Part shown: positions 8,224-17,906 of the stretch, piece after piece
Layout: the number at the start of each line of letters is the position of its first letter
How positions within the stretch are numbered: the first letter of the stretch is position 1
Sequence record: OQ790161.1
Length of the DNA stretch: 40,000 bases
Reading direction: 5' to 3' (one strand)
From: Xanthomonas phage RTH11
The notes under the pieces: generated by a model
Databases searched by the model: none
What the model was told of the DNA's origin: nothing
What the model saw: the letters and a program-made list of their open reading frames with translations, nothing else
Position numbers and translations under genes: made by a program

Positions 8224-10481
8224 CCGTCATTATCCTCTACCTATCGGACTGGGACAATTTCCCCACTGCGATTGCCGATTTCAAAACGACCAACAAGTCG
8301 TTCCTTCGGCTGGCGCAGGTGTACGAGAAGATGGGCGTTCGTAACAACGCATTCCATCTTTCCCTCCTCAACCCTGACCTGCAAGGTGTCAACCCCTTCG
8401 CAGATGACCTGACGATCGAGCAGAAGATCGCCATTGGTTTTGAGTGTGCTCAGAACCCGTGGTACTTCTTCCGTGAAGTGGTCCGTGTGCCGCCGCAGTC
8501 CGGTCCCAACCCGGTACAGCTGCGTGCCAACCGTGGTAACATCGCGTTGTTCTGGTCCTTCTTCAACCACATCGACGTTGCGTTGATCCAACCCCGTCAG
8601 ACGGGCAAGTCCGTGTCAACCGACTGCTTGATGACCAACATCACCTACATGTCCACGGACAATACCACGGTGACGATGATCACCAAGGATAACGATCTGC
8701 GGCGTAAGAACGTGGAACGTCTGAAGAAGATCCGTGACCTGTTGCCGAACTACCTGATCTCCATCAGCTCGGACGATGCCGACAACCAGATCGAGCTGAC
8801 GTACAAGATTCGTAAGAACTCGTACATGACGGCAGTGGCGCAGAACAACGAAGCCGGTGCAAACAACGTCGGTCGTGGTCTGACCTCGCCCATCCTGCAT
8901 TCGGACGAAGGCCCGTTCACCAGCTGGATCCAAGTCATTCTGCCGGCAGCACTGGCAGCAGGTACCGCAGCTCGTAACGAAGCCCGTGCCAACGGACGCC
9001 CCTACGGTAACATCTTCACCACCACGGCGGGAAAGAAGGACACCAAGGAAGGCAAGTTCATGTACGACATGATCTTCGGCGGTGCCACCTGGGATGAGCG
9101 TCTGGCCTTTGACAGCGCCAACGAAAAGGAACTGCGTGAGCGCGTGCTGGCCAACTGCATGGGCGTGCCCGGACAGAAGGGTGCCAAGCGTGCACTGTTC
9201 AACATCACCCTGTCGCACAAGCAGCTGGGTGAAACCGACGAATGGTTGATGGACGCGATCTCCAACGTGGCCGGTGCTACCCCGGACATGATCGAGCGCG
9301 ACTTCTTGAATCGTTGGACGGCCGGTTCGCTGCGCTCGCCGCTGTCGACCGAACTGAACGAACGCATCAAGGGCTCGGAGCGTAACGCCAACTACATGGA
9401 GTTCTCCACCGACAACTACTGCCTGAACTGGTACATCCCGGAACATGAAGTAGCTCGGCGCATGGCCGAAGGTCGCTTCGTGGCTGGACTGGATACCTCT
9501 GAAGCAGTGGGTCGCGATACCATCGCACTAGTGGTGGTGGACGTTGAAGATCTCTCGGTGGTAGCCACCGGTACCTACAACGAAACCAACCTGATCCGCT
9601 TCTCCCATTACTTGGGCAGTCTGCTGATCAAGTACCCCACCATCACCTTGATCCCCGAGCGCAAGTCCACCGGCGGTATGATCGTGGACTACCTGATCCT
9701 CCAGCTGATCAAGGCCGGACAGGATCCGTTCAAGCGTATCTTCAACCGCATCGTGGAAGAGGCGCAGATCAAGAAGGAAGACTACCAGGAACTGCAACGC
9801 CCCTTGGCGGTGCGTACGGATAACTTCTACGACACGCGTAAGGCCAGCTTCGGCTTTGTCACCAATGCCGACAACCGGACCTTGCTGTACACCACCATTC
9901 TCCAGCAGGCTGCCAAGAACGGCGGTGCGGTGGTGCATAGTGAACGCCTGTCGACGGAGATCCGTAGTCTGGTCGTCAAGAACGATCGTATCGATCACTC
10001 CAGCTCCGGACACGATGACCACGTCATTGCCTGGCTGCTGGCACACTGGATGCTGACCCAAGGTCGTAACCTGTCCCATTACGGTATCGACCACAGTCGC
10101 GTGATGTCCGGTGTGGCCCACTTCGCAGAACGTGAGGAAACCCCCGGTGAGGTCTACGCTCGTGAGCAGCAGAACCGTCTGTTGCGTGAGGCCAGTGACT
10201 TGCTTGATGGCCTGAGCCGTGAGCGGGATCCGTGGGTGTTGGCCAAGTTGGAAGGTCGCCTGCGGTCGCTGTCTGGTCGTCTGGTCGATGACGGGGATAC
10301 CTCCTACGTACAGACCATCGATGCAGCGATCAACGAATCGCGCGATAACCGCGAGAAGCTCAAGCGTCTGCAATCGCGTGGGGGTTCGCAAGTGGGTGGG
10401 TACCGTCCGATGGATCGTGCTGTCACCTACGGCAACTACGCTCCGCAAGGTGGACCGGGTCATCTGTTCAGTTGGGCCTAA
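8220..10481 (+). CDS. terL: Terminase large subunit (ATPase/nuclease)
   Basis: ALIQPRQTGKSVS (Walker A-like), GLDTSEAVGRDTIALVVVD (RNase H-like nuclease start), SSGHDDHVIAWLLAHW C-terminal nuclease motif. Probable GTG start at 8220 overlapping the HNH stop; a start at 8169 is also open. Confidence 0.88.
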   Translation: MTVIILYLSDWDNFPTAIADFKTTNKSFLRLAQVYEKMGVRNNAFHLSLLNPDLQGVNPFADDLTIEQKIAIGFECAQNPWYFFREVVRVPPQSGPNPVQLRANRGNIALFWSFFNHIDVALIQPRQTGKSVSTDCLMTNITYMSTDNTTVTMITKDNDLRRKNVERLKKIRDLLPNYLISISSDDADNQIELTYKIRKNSYMTAVAQNNEAGANNVGRGLTSPILHSDEGPFTSWIQVILPAALAAGTAARNEARANGRPYGNIFTTTAGKKDTKEGKFMYDMIFGGATWDERLAFDSANEKELRERVLANCMGVPGQKGAKRALFNITLSHKQLGETDEWLMDAISNVAGATPDMIERDFLNRWTAGSLRSPLSTELNERIKGSERNANYMEFSTDNYCLNWYIPEHEVARRMAEGRFVAGLDTSEAVGRDTIALVVVDVEDLSVVATGTYNETNLIRFSHYLGSLLIKYPTITLIPERKSTGGMIVDYLILQLIKAGQDPFKRIFNRIVEEAQIKKEDYQELQRPLAVRTDNFYDTRKASFGFVTNADNRTLLYTTILQQAAKNGGAVVHSERLSTEIRSLVVKNDRIDHSSSGHDDHVIAWLLAHWMLTQGRNLSHYGIDHSRVMSGVAHFAEREETPGEVYAREQQNRLLREASDLLDGLSRERDPWVLAKLEGRLRSLSGRLVDDGDTSYVQTIDAAINESRDNREKLKRLQSRGGSQVGGYRPMDRAVTYGNYAPQGGPGHLFSWA

Positions 10482-10500
10482 AAGCAATAGGCAGCATAGA

Positions 10501-10522
10501 CCCCCGCCCTTCGGGGCGGGGG
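10501..10522 (+). terminator. Hairpin between convergent genes
   Basis: CCCCCGCCC-TTCG-GGGCGGGGG, perfect 9-bp stem. Confidence 0.7.
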
Positions 10523-10532
10523 CTTATGTCGG

Positions 10533-10892
10533 TTACAGAGCTGCGGCGAACTGAACCTGCTTCAACTTCTCCATCGTGGCCATACGTGCCACTTCCAGAG
10601 AGACCATCTCCATCGAATGCTCCAGCGACAGGCGCAGGATCTTGGAGGTGGTGTACTTGCGACCGCCCTTGAGCTGCAAGGTCGCAGTCACGTCCCAACC
10701 TTCCACCACCTGGTCTTTCAGCCAGGGATAGAGGAACTTGCGACGGATGGTCACCGGGGCAACCGTCACGCGCACCTTCCGGAACTCCGGAGCGGTATTC
10801 TTGACCAACCGAATCACTTCGGTGGCTGCACCAAAGCTGGTGCGTACGCGGGAGGGACCTTCGAGAAGTTGATTGAGGTTCATAGCTCGCAC
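10533..10892 (-). CDS. Hypothetical phage protein (119 aa)
   Basis: ORF MRAMNLNQLLEGPSRVRTSF..., start overlaps the upstream gene of the same strand. Confidence 0.6.
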   Translation of the reverse strand: MRAMNLNQLLEGPSRVRTSFGAATEVIRLVKNTAPEFRKVRVTVAPVTIRRKFLYPWLKDQVVEGWDVTATLQLKGGRKYTTSKILRLSLEHSMEMVSLEVARMATMEKLKQVQFAAAL

Positions 10893-11314
10893 TTGATGGT
10901 CGGATAGAAAGGACCCATGCGATCCAAGAACGCATGCAATGCATACGTGTGTGGATGCTGGGTGTCACGAAGAAGGGAATTGCAGAGCAGCGGATAAACC
11001 ACCGGCTCAAAGAGCCGTTGATCCAAAGTCACCCGAACATCCTCGGGTGCGAACGCCAAGACGCGATAGACCGTATGGGTGGTGGGCAACAGCCACCACC
11101 GACGGTAGTGAGTAGCGTAGGTGATCTGGGTCACCGTCACGCCAATCTCCACATCTGCATCTGCGAGGGACGGTCGCAACGTCAGTTGACGATGCGCCAC
11201 TTGTCCCAAGTATTCCACCGTGGTCCGATCTCCTACGATCCAATCTGCCAGCTCCCCGATTTTTTCCAGCAACCAGTCCATGACAGGTCTCCGGTTAAGG
11301 GGAAGGAAGATCAC
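10880..11314 (-). CDS. Hypothetical phage protein (144 aa)
   Basis: ORF MIFLPLNRRPVMDWLLEKIGELADWIVGDRTTVEYL..., overlapping neighbours in operon fashion. Confidence 0.6.
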   Translation of the reverse strand: MIFLPLNRRPVMDWLLEKIGELADWIVGDRTTVEYLGQVAHRQLTLRPSLADADVEIGVTVTQITYATHYRRWWLLPTTHTVYRVLAFAPEDVRVTLDQRLFEPVVYPLLCNSLLRDTQHPHTYALHAFLDRMGPFYPTIKCEL

Positions 11315-12546
11315 GTCGCTGCCGAGCCGCCGCCTTGGTAATACTGCATGGCCATGGCCCGCAGCACCAAGTACAACTGCACACCGGTGCGAACCGAGGC
11401 GATGACCGAATCGTTCTTGGTCTTGATCGCCTGGGTAACCACACGCTCAGACAACTCTTTTGTCTTGAGCAGTGATTCATTGGACATGCGCGAAGCCATG
11501 TACATCGAGCGCAGCTTGGCGATCAGTGGAGTCAATCCACCGCGGGCGTTGTACAGCGATCGATCCGAGGAAATCAGATCGAAGGCGTAGATCAACGACT
11601 CATCAGCCAACTCGGTGATGTATTCATGGCGAGGGACCATCCGATTCCGGCTCATCCATTCCAGTGTTTCCACCAGGTGGCGAGGGTTCATCGTGTGCAT
11701 GCCATCGGCGATCACATCCACCAGCTCATCGCGGATAAACGACTTGGGGTCGTCCATCACGCCATGCAGGTAGCGGATAAAGGTCGAGAACTGCTTGGTC
11801 CGGTCCTGAAGGACAACGGTACCATCAATCTCTCGCACACTCTTTTCGCTGTTGACACGCACGCCCTTGGCATGCAGATCATAGAAGACTTTGCTGATCG
11901 ACTTGATCAGCTCCTTCAAGCGGTTCTGGATGTCGTTGATCATCTTGATCACATCGTCATCCGAGCGCATCTCCATATACGCTCGCCGGTGCACGCTCCG
12001 AGTGGAGACCATGTCCTTGGCGCGCTTTTCGAGCAGGTCATACCAGCTCTTGGATGTCTTGATCAGGTACTTACGCGACATGGCTGCCAGCGTGGCCTGA
12101 GCGGTGCCCTGATCGGCAGGGTATTGCCAGAAGTTGTGCAGCAACGAGCCCATGAGCTTGTACTGCATGATCTGGATCGTCAACGTGGCCCCTTCCTCTT
12201 TCAAGGCAGGTGACAAGTTGGAAGTCATGATCCGGTGGGTGAGCCAGATGCAGGACTGGTTGAAGGCGTCGTTGGCGCGGACCCAGGTTTGGTCGTGCGG
12301 CAACCGCTTGATCCCTTCTTCGATGAGCAGGTCATCGATTTCCAGAACTTCGGCGAACCACCTGTCTCGATCGGTGGGTCGGAAACGCATCGGATGCACG
12401 CCGGTGAGCTGACCGCCGAAGAAGGCGATGTGATCCTCGTTGCGATTGACGATAGCGCGCTCGAACTCCCGGAGACGTTGGATCAACTTCACATCGACGA
12501 CGAAGTCCGGAGACGCGTCGTTGAAGATAGACTTGAACGTTTCCAC
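11311..12546 (-). CDS. Uncharacterised structural-cluster protein (411 aa)
   Basis: Long ORF METFKSIFNDASPDFVVDVKLIQRLREFERAIV... first gene of a leftward three-gene operon. Confidence 0.65.
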   Translation of the reverse strand: METFKSIFNDASPDFVVDVKLIQRLREFERAIVNRNEDHIAFFGGQLTGVHPMRFRPTDRDRWFAEVLEIDDLLIEEGIKRLPHDQTWVRANDAFNQSCIWLTHRIMTSNLSPALKEEGATLTIQIMQYKLMGSLLHNFWQYPADQGTAQATLAAMSRKYLIKTSKSWYDLLEKRAKDMVSTRSVHRRAYMEMRSDDDVIKMINDIQNRLKELIKSISKVFYDLHAKGVRVNSEKSVREIDGTVVLQDRTKQFSTFIRYLHGVMDDPKSFIRDELVDVIADGMHTMNPRHLVETLEWMSRNRMVPRHEYITELADESLIYAFDLISSDRSLYNARGGLTPLIAKLRSMYMASRMSNESLLKTKELSERVVTQAIKTKNDSVIASVRTGVQLYLVLRAMAMQYYQGGGSAAT

Positions 12547-12701
12547 GTGTAGCTCCAGTGGGGCTTGTATGTGTGACTATACAATGGAGCGGCAGGTGAG
12601 GTTTGAACATAAGGTCATGTCAACGAAGTATGAAATTACTGTGAAGATGAAGTTAAGTATTTCCTTACATCAAAGACTCTAAGTGTAGGACCCATTTTTA
12701 C

Positions 12702-12721
12702 AGTAGTACTTTAGTACTACT
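12702..12721. promoter_or_regulatory. Inverted repeat AGTAGTACT-TT-AGTACTACT in an A/T-rich intergenic region
   Basis: Perfect 9-bp arms with 2-nt spacer, between divergent genes at 12546(-) and 12901(+). Confidence 0.4.
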
Positions 12722-12792
12722 ATGTATTACTAATAGGGGAGGTCCATTTTGAGACGGCAGTCGAAAAATGAAACAGGGGTGGGAATTGAACA

Positions 12793-12815
12793 CTCAGCCT
12801 TGGGGGCTGAGTTTT
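12793..12815 (+). terminator. Short hairpin plus T-tract upstream of the 12901 gene
   Basis: CTCAGCC-TTGGG-GGCTGAG-TTTT. Confidence 0.5.
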
Positions 12816-12900
12816 ATGCCCTGTGTGAAATTAGCTGCGTGGGTTTTTGAGAACCCACTCCGCACTACCCTATGACTGAACTTCCTTCGGAGTCTTACCC

Positions 12901-13836
12901 ATGAGTCAGAACGCTAACCCGTCCACCATGCGGGTGGACGTGATCTGCACCCCTTCGCAACAGGTCGCGCTCGAAGCGCTCCTGGATACGGCAATCTTCC
13001 GTTTCCCCCATTCCAGCGTTTCGCTGGAAACCCAACAACTCGATGAAGTCCAGAAGCAGCGTGATCTGGCCGATCACCACGAGAACATCCGCAAACTGCT
13101 GAAGGCTGAAAAGCCCACCGGCGTTCCGCACCTGTTCGTTCTGGATCCCAACCGTCTGGCCGACGGTGACCTGGAATCCCAAGCCACGCTGCAAGCGCTG
13201 GCCAATGCGCACTTCTCCAACTCCGAACGCGCAGCCGTTGCACTGCTGCCGCCTGCCATGGGTCTGACGACTGCCGGCGCTGGCGCGGTGAGCCTGCTCA
13301 AGGACGGCATCTTGGCCGACACCGGCGTGACCACGCTCGAGTCGATCGAAGCGATCCGCCTGCACTTCCTGGGACCGAATGGGTTGATCCCTTCGATGGA
13401 AGCGCACGTGGATCAGAAGTTCCTCGATACCCTGTTCTCCGAAAAGGGAATTTCCCACAAGCCCTTCGATGAGCAAGACATCGAATTCATCGAGACGCAC
13501 ATGGGCCGGCAGCTTCCCTCGGCCCTGCGCAAGTTCTACGCCGACATCGGCAGCTTCCGCGCTGACAGCACCACGGTGTTTGCTGCGACCCCGGCCATGG
13601 AAGAAACCTCGAAGATGGCCCGCTCCAATCACCACCTGCCGCACACCTACTTCGTGTTCGGCCGTAAGGTGTTCAAGCAGGACATCGGACAGATCAAGGC
13701 CGGCGATGAGTTCATGCTCATCTGCGACCTGAAGACGGGCAAAGCCGGATACCTGTCCTACAAGGTACCCTTCGTCACCACGCCCAGTAGCGCCCTGCTG
13801 GAGTTCATTGCCAGCCTGGTGCATTACAACGATTGA
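12901..13836 (+). CDS. Uncharacterised protein with a possible SMI1/KNR4 (SUKH)-like C-terminal region (311 aa)
   Basis: MSQNANPSTMRVDVICTP...; DEQDIEFIETHMGRQLPSALRKFYADIGSF resembles the E-x(2-3)-E-x(3)-G-x(2)-LP-x(3)-F core of the SUKH/SMI1 family. Confidence 0.6.
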   Translation: MSQNANPSTMRVDVICTPSQQVALEALLDTAIFRFPHSSVSLETQQLDEVQKQRDLADHHENIRKLLKAEKPTGVPHLFVLDPNRLADGDLESQATLQALANAHFSNSERAAVALLPPAMGLTTAGAGAVSLLKDGILADTGVTTLESIEAIRLHFLGPNGLIPSMEAHVDQKFLDTLFSEKGISHKPFDEQDIEFIETHMGRQLPSALRKFYADIGSFRADSTTVFAATPAMEETSKMARSNHHLPHTYFVFGRKVFKQDIGQIKAGDEFMLICDLKTGKAGYLSYKVPFVTTPSSALLEFIASLVHYND

Positions 13837-13847
13837 CCCCCATAAAG

Positions 13848-13867
13848 CCCCTGCCTTCGGGCAGGGG
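13848..13867 (+). terminator. Intrinsic terminator-like hairpin, UUCG loop
   Basis: CCCCTGCC-TTCG-GGCAGGGG followed by TCTTAT. Confidence 0.7.
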
Positions 13868-14085
13868 TCTTATGCCGCCTTAAAAGTCGATTCAAAAGAA
13901 CTTCAGTTACATACTACAACTACGACAGAGTACCTGTACTCGCTATCCTACCGCTTCTATGGCGGGGGTCGGTAGTGCTCGTAAACGGATGCCCCTCCTG
14001 ATACGAGGTGCGGACTACCCAAACCCCCGCCACCTTTTCCCATCGCACCGAAACGAATCGGTGTCTACTTCAAGGAGCTTCACCC

Positions 14086-14559
14086 ATGACTTACCACTCG
14101 CCACAGCAGATCGTTCTGAAAGATTCCAACAATCGTCCGGTCCTGTCGATCGAGGCCCGCATCAACGTCGTGTTCGGTGCCGCCCAGATCTCGGATGTGG
14201 ATCGGCAGCATCTGTGGCGGTTTGTGGACTTGGCCTACCCGGACGCCCACTTCACCTTCCTGCCCGAACCGACGTTGGATGGTCGCGTCCAGATCTCCCT
14301 GCACTACGAGCTGGTCAAGAACAGCCAGTGGACTCGTCCGGATGATCGCAATACCGGCGGTCAAGGTCTGCGCGTGCAGGTGAGCAACTACTCCGGTGAG
14401 TTCATGGACATCAAGGACGCCATCGCAGACTACCGCGGTCAAGGTCACTCGGGCACCTTCGAACGCTTCGAGAAACTGCTGGCACTGCTCGACCTGCCCA
14501 AGGGTCATGAGAACTTTGCGCTGGAACACTTCAGCAGCTACCTCTTCGGCACCAACTGA
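14086..14559 (+). CDS. Hypothetical phage protein
   Basis: ORF with likely start MTYHSPQQIVLKDSNNRPVLSIEAR after AAGGAG. Confidence 0.65.
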   Translation: MTYHSPQQIVLKDSNNRPVLSIEARINVVFGAAQISDVDRQHLWRFVDLAYPDAHFTFLPEPTLDGRVQISLHYELVKNSQWTRPDDRNTGGQGLRVQVSNYSGEFMDIKDAIADYRGQGHSGTFERFEKLLALLDLPKGHENFALEHFSSYLFGTN

Positions 14560-14624
14560 TCCAAGTTTTACTCAACCGCCTTTCCCGTATACCACATCCC
14601 ATCACTTTCAGAGGTAAACCTCCA

Positions 14625-15161
14625 ATGCAGACCCAGACCTTCAAGCAGACCGTCCGTCGTCATGTCCGTGGCTTCATCGGTTCGCTGTTCCGCAACAACT
14701 CCAATCCGGCCTGGCAGGGTCGTAACCACAACCACCTGGAAAGCGAGTACCGTCGCAAGCTGTCCTCGCCGCTGGCCGCTGCTTCCTTGCTGATCAGCTG
14801 GATCATGGCCGATGAGGATGCAGTCAAGATCCTGCAACAGAATCCGGCCGACCAGCCGCAGCTGATGCGAGTGGCCGTGGTTGGCGATGAGATCCGCATC
14901 AACCTGTACCGCCTGGAGCTTTTCCCCGGCGGTCCGCTGACCCGTCCCTTCAACGACAACTGGGCCAAGGACGGGATCATCGACTTCACGATGGTGCTGC
15001 GCGATGGCAAGCAGCACTACCAGCATCTGCTCCATGACTTGCGTGCTGACCTGAGCTACGACGCCTTCGAACCTTACGCCTCCCTGACGCTGCCGCTGGT
15101 GGCCGAAGAGATGGATTCGATCAACGCAGTGACCACCCCGGCCTGGCGTCAGCTCTCCTAA
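14625..15161 (+). CDS. Hypothetical phage protein (178 aa)
   Basis: ORF MQTQTFKQTVRRHVRGFIGSLFRNN..., start preceded by AGAGG. Confidence 0.65.
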   Translation: MQTQTFKQTVRRHVRGFIGSLFRNNSNPAWQGRNHNHLESEYRRKLSSPLAAASLLISWIMADEDAVKILQQNPADQPQLMRVAVVGDEIRINLYRLELFPGGPLTRPFNDNWAKDGIIDFTMVLRDGKQHYQHLLHDLRADLSYDAFEPYASLTLPLVAEEMDSINAVTTPAWRQLS

Positions 15162-15222
15162 TCGGAGGGCAACGCCAATGCCACGTGCACCACCCCTTCT
15201 CAACTTCCCAATAGGTATTCTC

Positions 15223-15831
15223 ATGAACAGCAACTTCAAGCGTTACGCCCTGCTCGCCGTCCTGCTGGCCGTTGTGCCGGCCTGCCATTCCAAGAGTGGC
15301 ACGGTGGACACCCATCCGATCCAGAAGGGCATCAACGATGCCACCGTCCAGAAGGCCCTGGAAGCGGAAAACCCGAACATGGCGTTCGTGGCACCGGCTG
15401 CCAAGCAGGTTGCCATGGCCACCACCCCCGCCGGCCTGGCCCAGGCCACCAACCAGCAGGCCGTGCCGGCTGATGGTACCGAGTACCAAGTCGACCTGGT
15501 GGAAATGAAGCAAGCCCTGACCACCAAGGATCCGGGCCGCTTCGTCAGCCTGCCGACCAGCTTCAAGCTGGGCTACCCGGTCTTCGCCGCTACCTGCATC
15601 TTCAATCCGGGCGAAGCCGAGTGCACCCTGGCTGATGGTGAGGTGGTCGATGAAGCCTACTTGGCTGCCCATACCACCGTGATCCGTAATATCGACGTGC
15701 TGGGCCTGACCTGTGGTCAGATCTGCGTGGACGAAGAAGGCAACGTGCTGGGCCATGTCTCCAAGGAGATGATGGCATGGCGCGACCGCAACTGCACCTG
15801 GGTGGATTACGGCACCCCCAAGTGTAAGTAA
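15223..15831 (+). CDS. Putative exported lipoprotein
   Basis: MNSNFKRYALLAVLLAVVPACHSKSG: basic N-terminus, hydrophobic stretch, lipobox-like VPAC. Start placed at 15223 rather than 15178. Confidence 0.6.
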   Translation: MNSNFKRYALLAVLLAVVPACHSKSGTVDTHPIQKGINDATVQKALEAENPNMAFVAPAAKQVAMATTPAGLAQATNQQAVPADGTEYQVDLVEMKQALTTKDPGRFVSLPTSFKLGYPVFAATCIFNPGEAECTLADGEVVDEAYLAAHTTVIRNIDVLGLTCGQICVDEEGNVLGHVSKEMMAWRDRNCTWVDYGTPKCK

Positions 15832-15874
15832 GCAACACCCCGCCGCACACACCTCAGGAAAATAAGAAAAGACC

Positions 15875-16327
15875 ATGAACGAAACCATCACCATCCAACA
15901 CAACGCTTTCGCCGATGCAGCAGCTGTGGCTGCCTTCCGTGAAATCCTGCTCGAAGTCTTGGCAGATGAAGGCTCCACCCCGACCGTCGTTGTCCAGAAG
16001 GTCGGCCCGTTCCAGCTCGACGGCAATCAGTTCCGCGTTGTCTGGATGGGCGGCTACAGCTTCGCCTCGCCGGACGGCTTCTACACCTTCTCCGAACAGG
16101 ACCTGCGTGTGGAAGTGGAAAGCATCGAGCTGGACTTCGATGCCTACACCAAGCTCGTGGCCGGCCGTAGTCGTGCTGTGGTGCGTGGCTACCGCAACGC
16201 ACTGCGTGGCATCTTCAACATGGCTACCGCACTGAACAACGGTGCACACGTGCCGTCCACCCCGGTCAACGAGTACGTCCAGCTGACGTTGGAGGCGGCG
16301 GTCAACGCCTTCCCCAACAGCAACTGA
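15875..16327 (+). CDS. Hypothetical phage protein (150 aa)
   Basis: ORF MNETITIQHNAFADAAAVAAFREILLEVLADEG... Confidence 0.6.
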   Translation: MNETITIQHNAFADAAAVAAFREILLEVLADEGSTPTVVVQKVGPFQLDGNQFRVVWMGGYSFASPDGFYTFSEQDLRVEVESIELDFDAYTKLVAGRSRAVVRGYRNALRGIFNMATALNNGAHVPSTPVNEYVQLTLEAAVNAFPNSN

Positions 16328-16335
16328 CGGCATAA

Positions 16336-16363
16336 CCAGAGGGCTCCTTCGGGAGCCCTCTGG
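16336..16363. terminator. Hairpin between convergent genes, UUCG loop
   Basis: CCAGAGGGCTCC-TTCG-GGAGCCCTCTGG, perfect 12-bp stem. Confidence 0.75.
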
Positions 16364-16385
16364 CGTTGTGCTGTTTTCTTTTGGC

Positions 16386-17186
16386 TTAGTTGTTGCCGCC
16401 AACCAGCGTGCGGAGCATGCGCTCCTTGGACTTGACATCGTCCATGACCATGACCTTGGTCCAGACTTCCTTGATGTAATCCCGGTAGAGCTGGTTGGAA
16501 TCGGCGTAACCATCCACGATCTCGCGGAAGACACCCAGTTCCATACCGCCCACCAACTGACCCATGCCCATCTTGACCTTGAGCTTGTTGTAGACGTAAG
16601 CCTTGACGGCCAACAGCACCAACTGCACAAAGTGGGGATAAGTCATCGGGTTCAGGCTGGAGAACTCATCGTCCTGCTCCAGATAGCAGCGCAGGAAAGC
16701 GGTCCGGGGCAGGGACATGTAGTCACTGACCAGCACGGTGTTCTCGGCGATCAGTCGGATGTAGGCGGTGGAGACGATCGGAATACCCGCTTGGGAATTC
16801 ATCATGCCTTGGGCCGCTTCCAGAATCTGGGAGTAGCCCTCTACGCCCATGTACGAGCTGTTCATCATCGTCGACTGGGAGATGGTCAACGACAAGACCT
16901 TGGAGATGCGCCGGTTTTGGGTCAGCGACATCGGGATACGGTAAATGATCTTGTGGGTATCCACCCAGTCCGGCGTTACCGACGCCAAGGGCAGCTCCAC
17001 TTGGGTACCGCCAAGCAAACGACAGTCCACCATCACGCGCGGGTCGATGACCTTCTCACGGATCATCGTGTCCAGCGAAACCGGCAGGGGAGTTTGGCCG
17101 AACTCCCGACGCAAGAAGACTTCCCGGAGAATCTCTTCAGGGATGTCCCACTTGACTTCTTCAATGGCCTTTTGGATTGCGCCCAC
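16386..17186 (-). CDS. Uncharacterised phage protein (266 aa)
   Basis: ORF MGAIQKAIEEVKWDIPEEILREVFLRREFGQTPLPVSLD... Confidence 0.65.
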   Translation of the reverse strand: MGAIQKAIEEVKWDIPEEILREVFLRREFGQTPLPVSLDTMIREKVIDPRVMVDCRLLGGTQVELPLASVTPDWVDTHKIIYRIPMSLTQNRRISKVLSLTISQSTMMNSSYMGVEGYSQILEAAQGMMNSQAGIPIVSTAYIRLIAENTVLVSDYMSLPRTAFLRCYLEQDDEFSSLNPMTYPHFVQLVLLAVKAYVYNKLKVKMGMGQLVGGMELGVFREIVDGYADSNQLYRDYIKEVWTKVMVMDDVKSKERMLRTLVGGNN

Positions 17187-17354
17187 GATAGGCTCCTGTG
17201 TAGTTCTTCATAGAGATACCCCACCTACGGACTCTATTCAACAAACTTTCAAATATAGAATATCTATTAGAGCACCTGTCAAAGAGCTTCTGTATTTTTT
17301 CTCTGAGACAGTCTCATGGTTTGATGTATTCCCCTTAACGGCCTGGAGCCACTC

Positions 17355-17894
17355 ATGTCCAACTCACCGCTGGGCAACAACACCTCATGGGTGGTCAACT
17401 CCGACCGCCAGTACGTCTCGCGTGAACTGGATCAACCCACGCACGATGCATTGGCCCTGGCCGCCGTCTTCTTGGACCCCGAACTGGTCTTGCTGGAACG
17501 GCAACTCAAGCATCGTGTCATTATCGGTCTGAAGATCGGTAAGCGCACCTTGCACATCCGTGTGTACAACCGCATGGAAGTGGAGCAACGCCCGGATCGC
17601 ATGGCCTCCCGGATGGCCCATCGTGACACCTACACCTACGTAGGATTCGACGTCGATGGACATTTGGTACCCATCGAAGGGGACCTGCGCGAAGCAGCTC
17701 AAGGACACAGCCCGCACTTCTACGGCGACCGGCGGCTGACGCCGGAACGAATTGCCGAGTTGGACGTGCTTCAGGAAACCTTCCAAGTCAAGAAGGTCCA
17801 CTCCCCGTCGTTCGTCTTGTTGCAAGCCATGGCCCTGTCGTTGACGGGAAAACCCAAACCGCCGCACCACACTCACGAAACTGAACCCGCTTAA
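17355..17894 (+). CDS. Hypothetical phage protein (179 aa)
   Basis: ORF MSNSPLGNNTSWVVNSDRQYVSRELDQPTHDALALAAVFLDPELVLLERQ..., 12 bp upstream of the tubulin-like gene. Confidence 0.6.
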   Translation: MSNSPLGNNTSWVVNSDRQYVSRELDQPTHDALALAAVFLDPELVLLERQLKHRVIIGLKIGKRTLHIRVYNRMEVEQRPDRMASRMAHRDTYTYVGFDVDGHLVPIEGDLREAAQGHSPHFYGDRRLTPERIAELDVLQETFQVKKVHSPSFVLLQAMALSLTGKPKPPHHTHETEPA

Positions 17895-17906
17895 TCGAGG
17901 CCTCAA

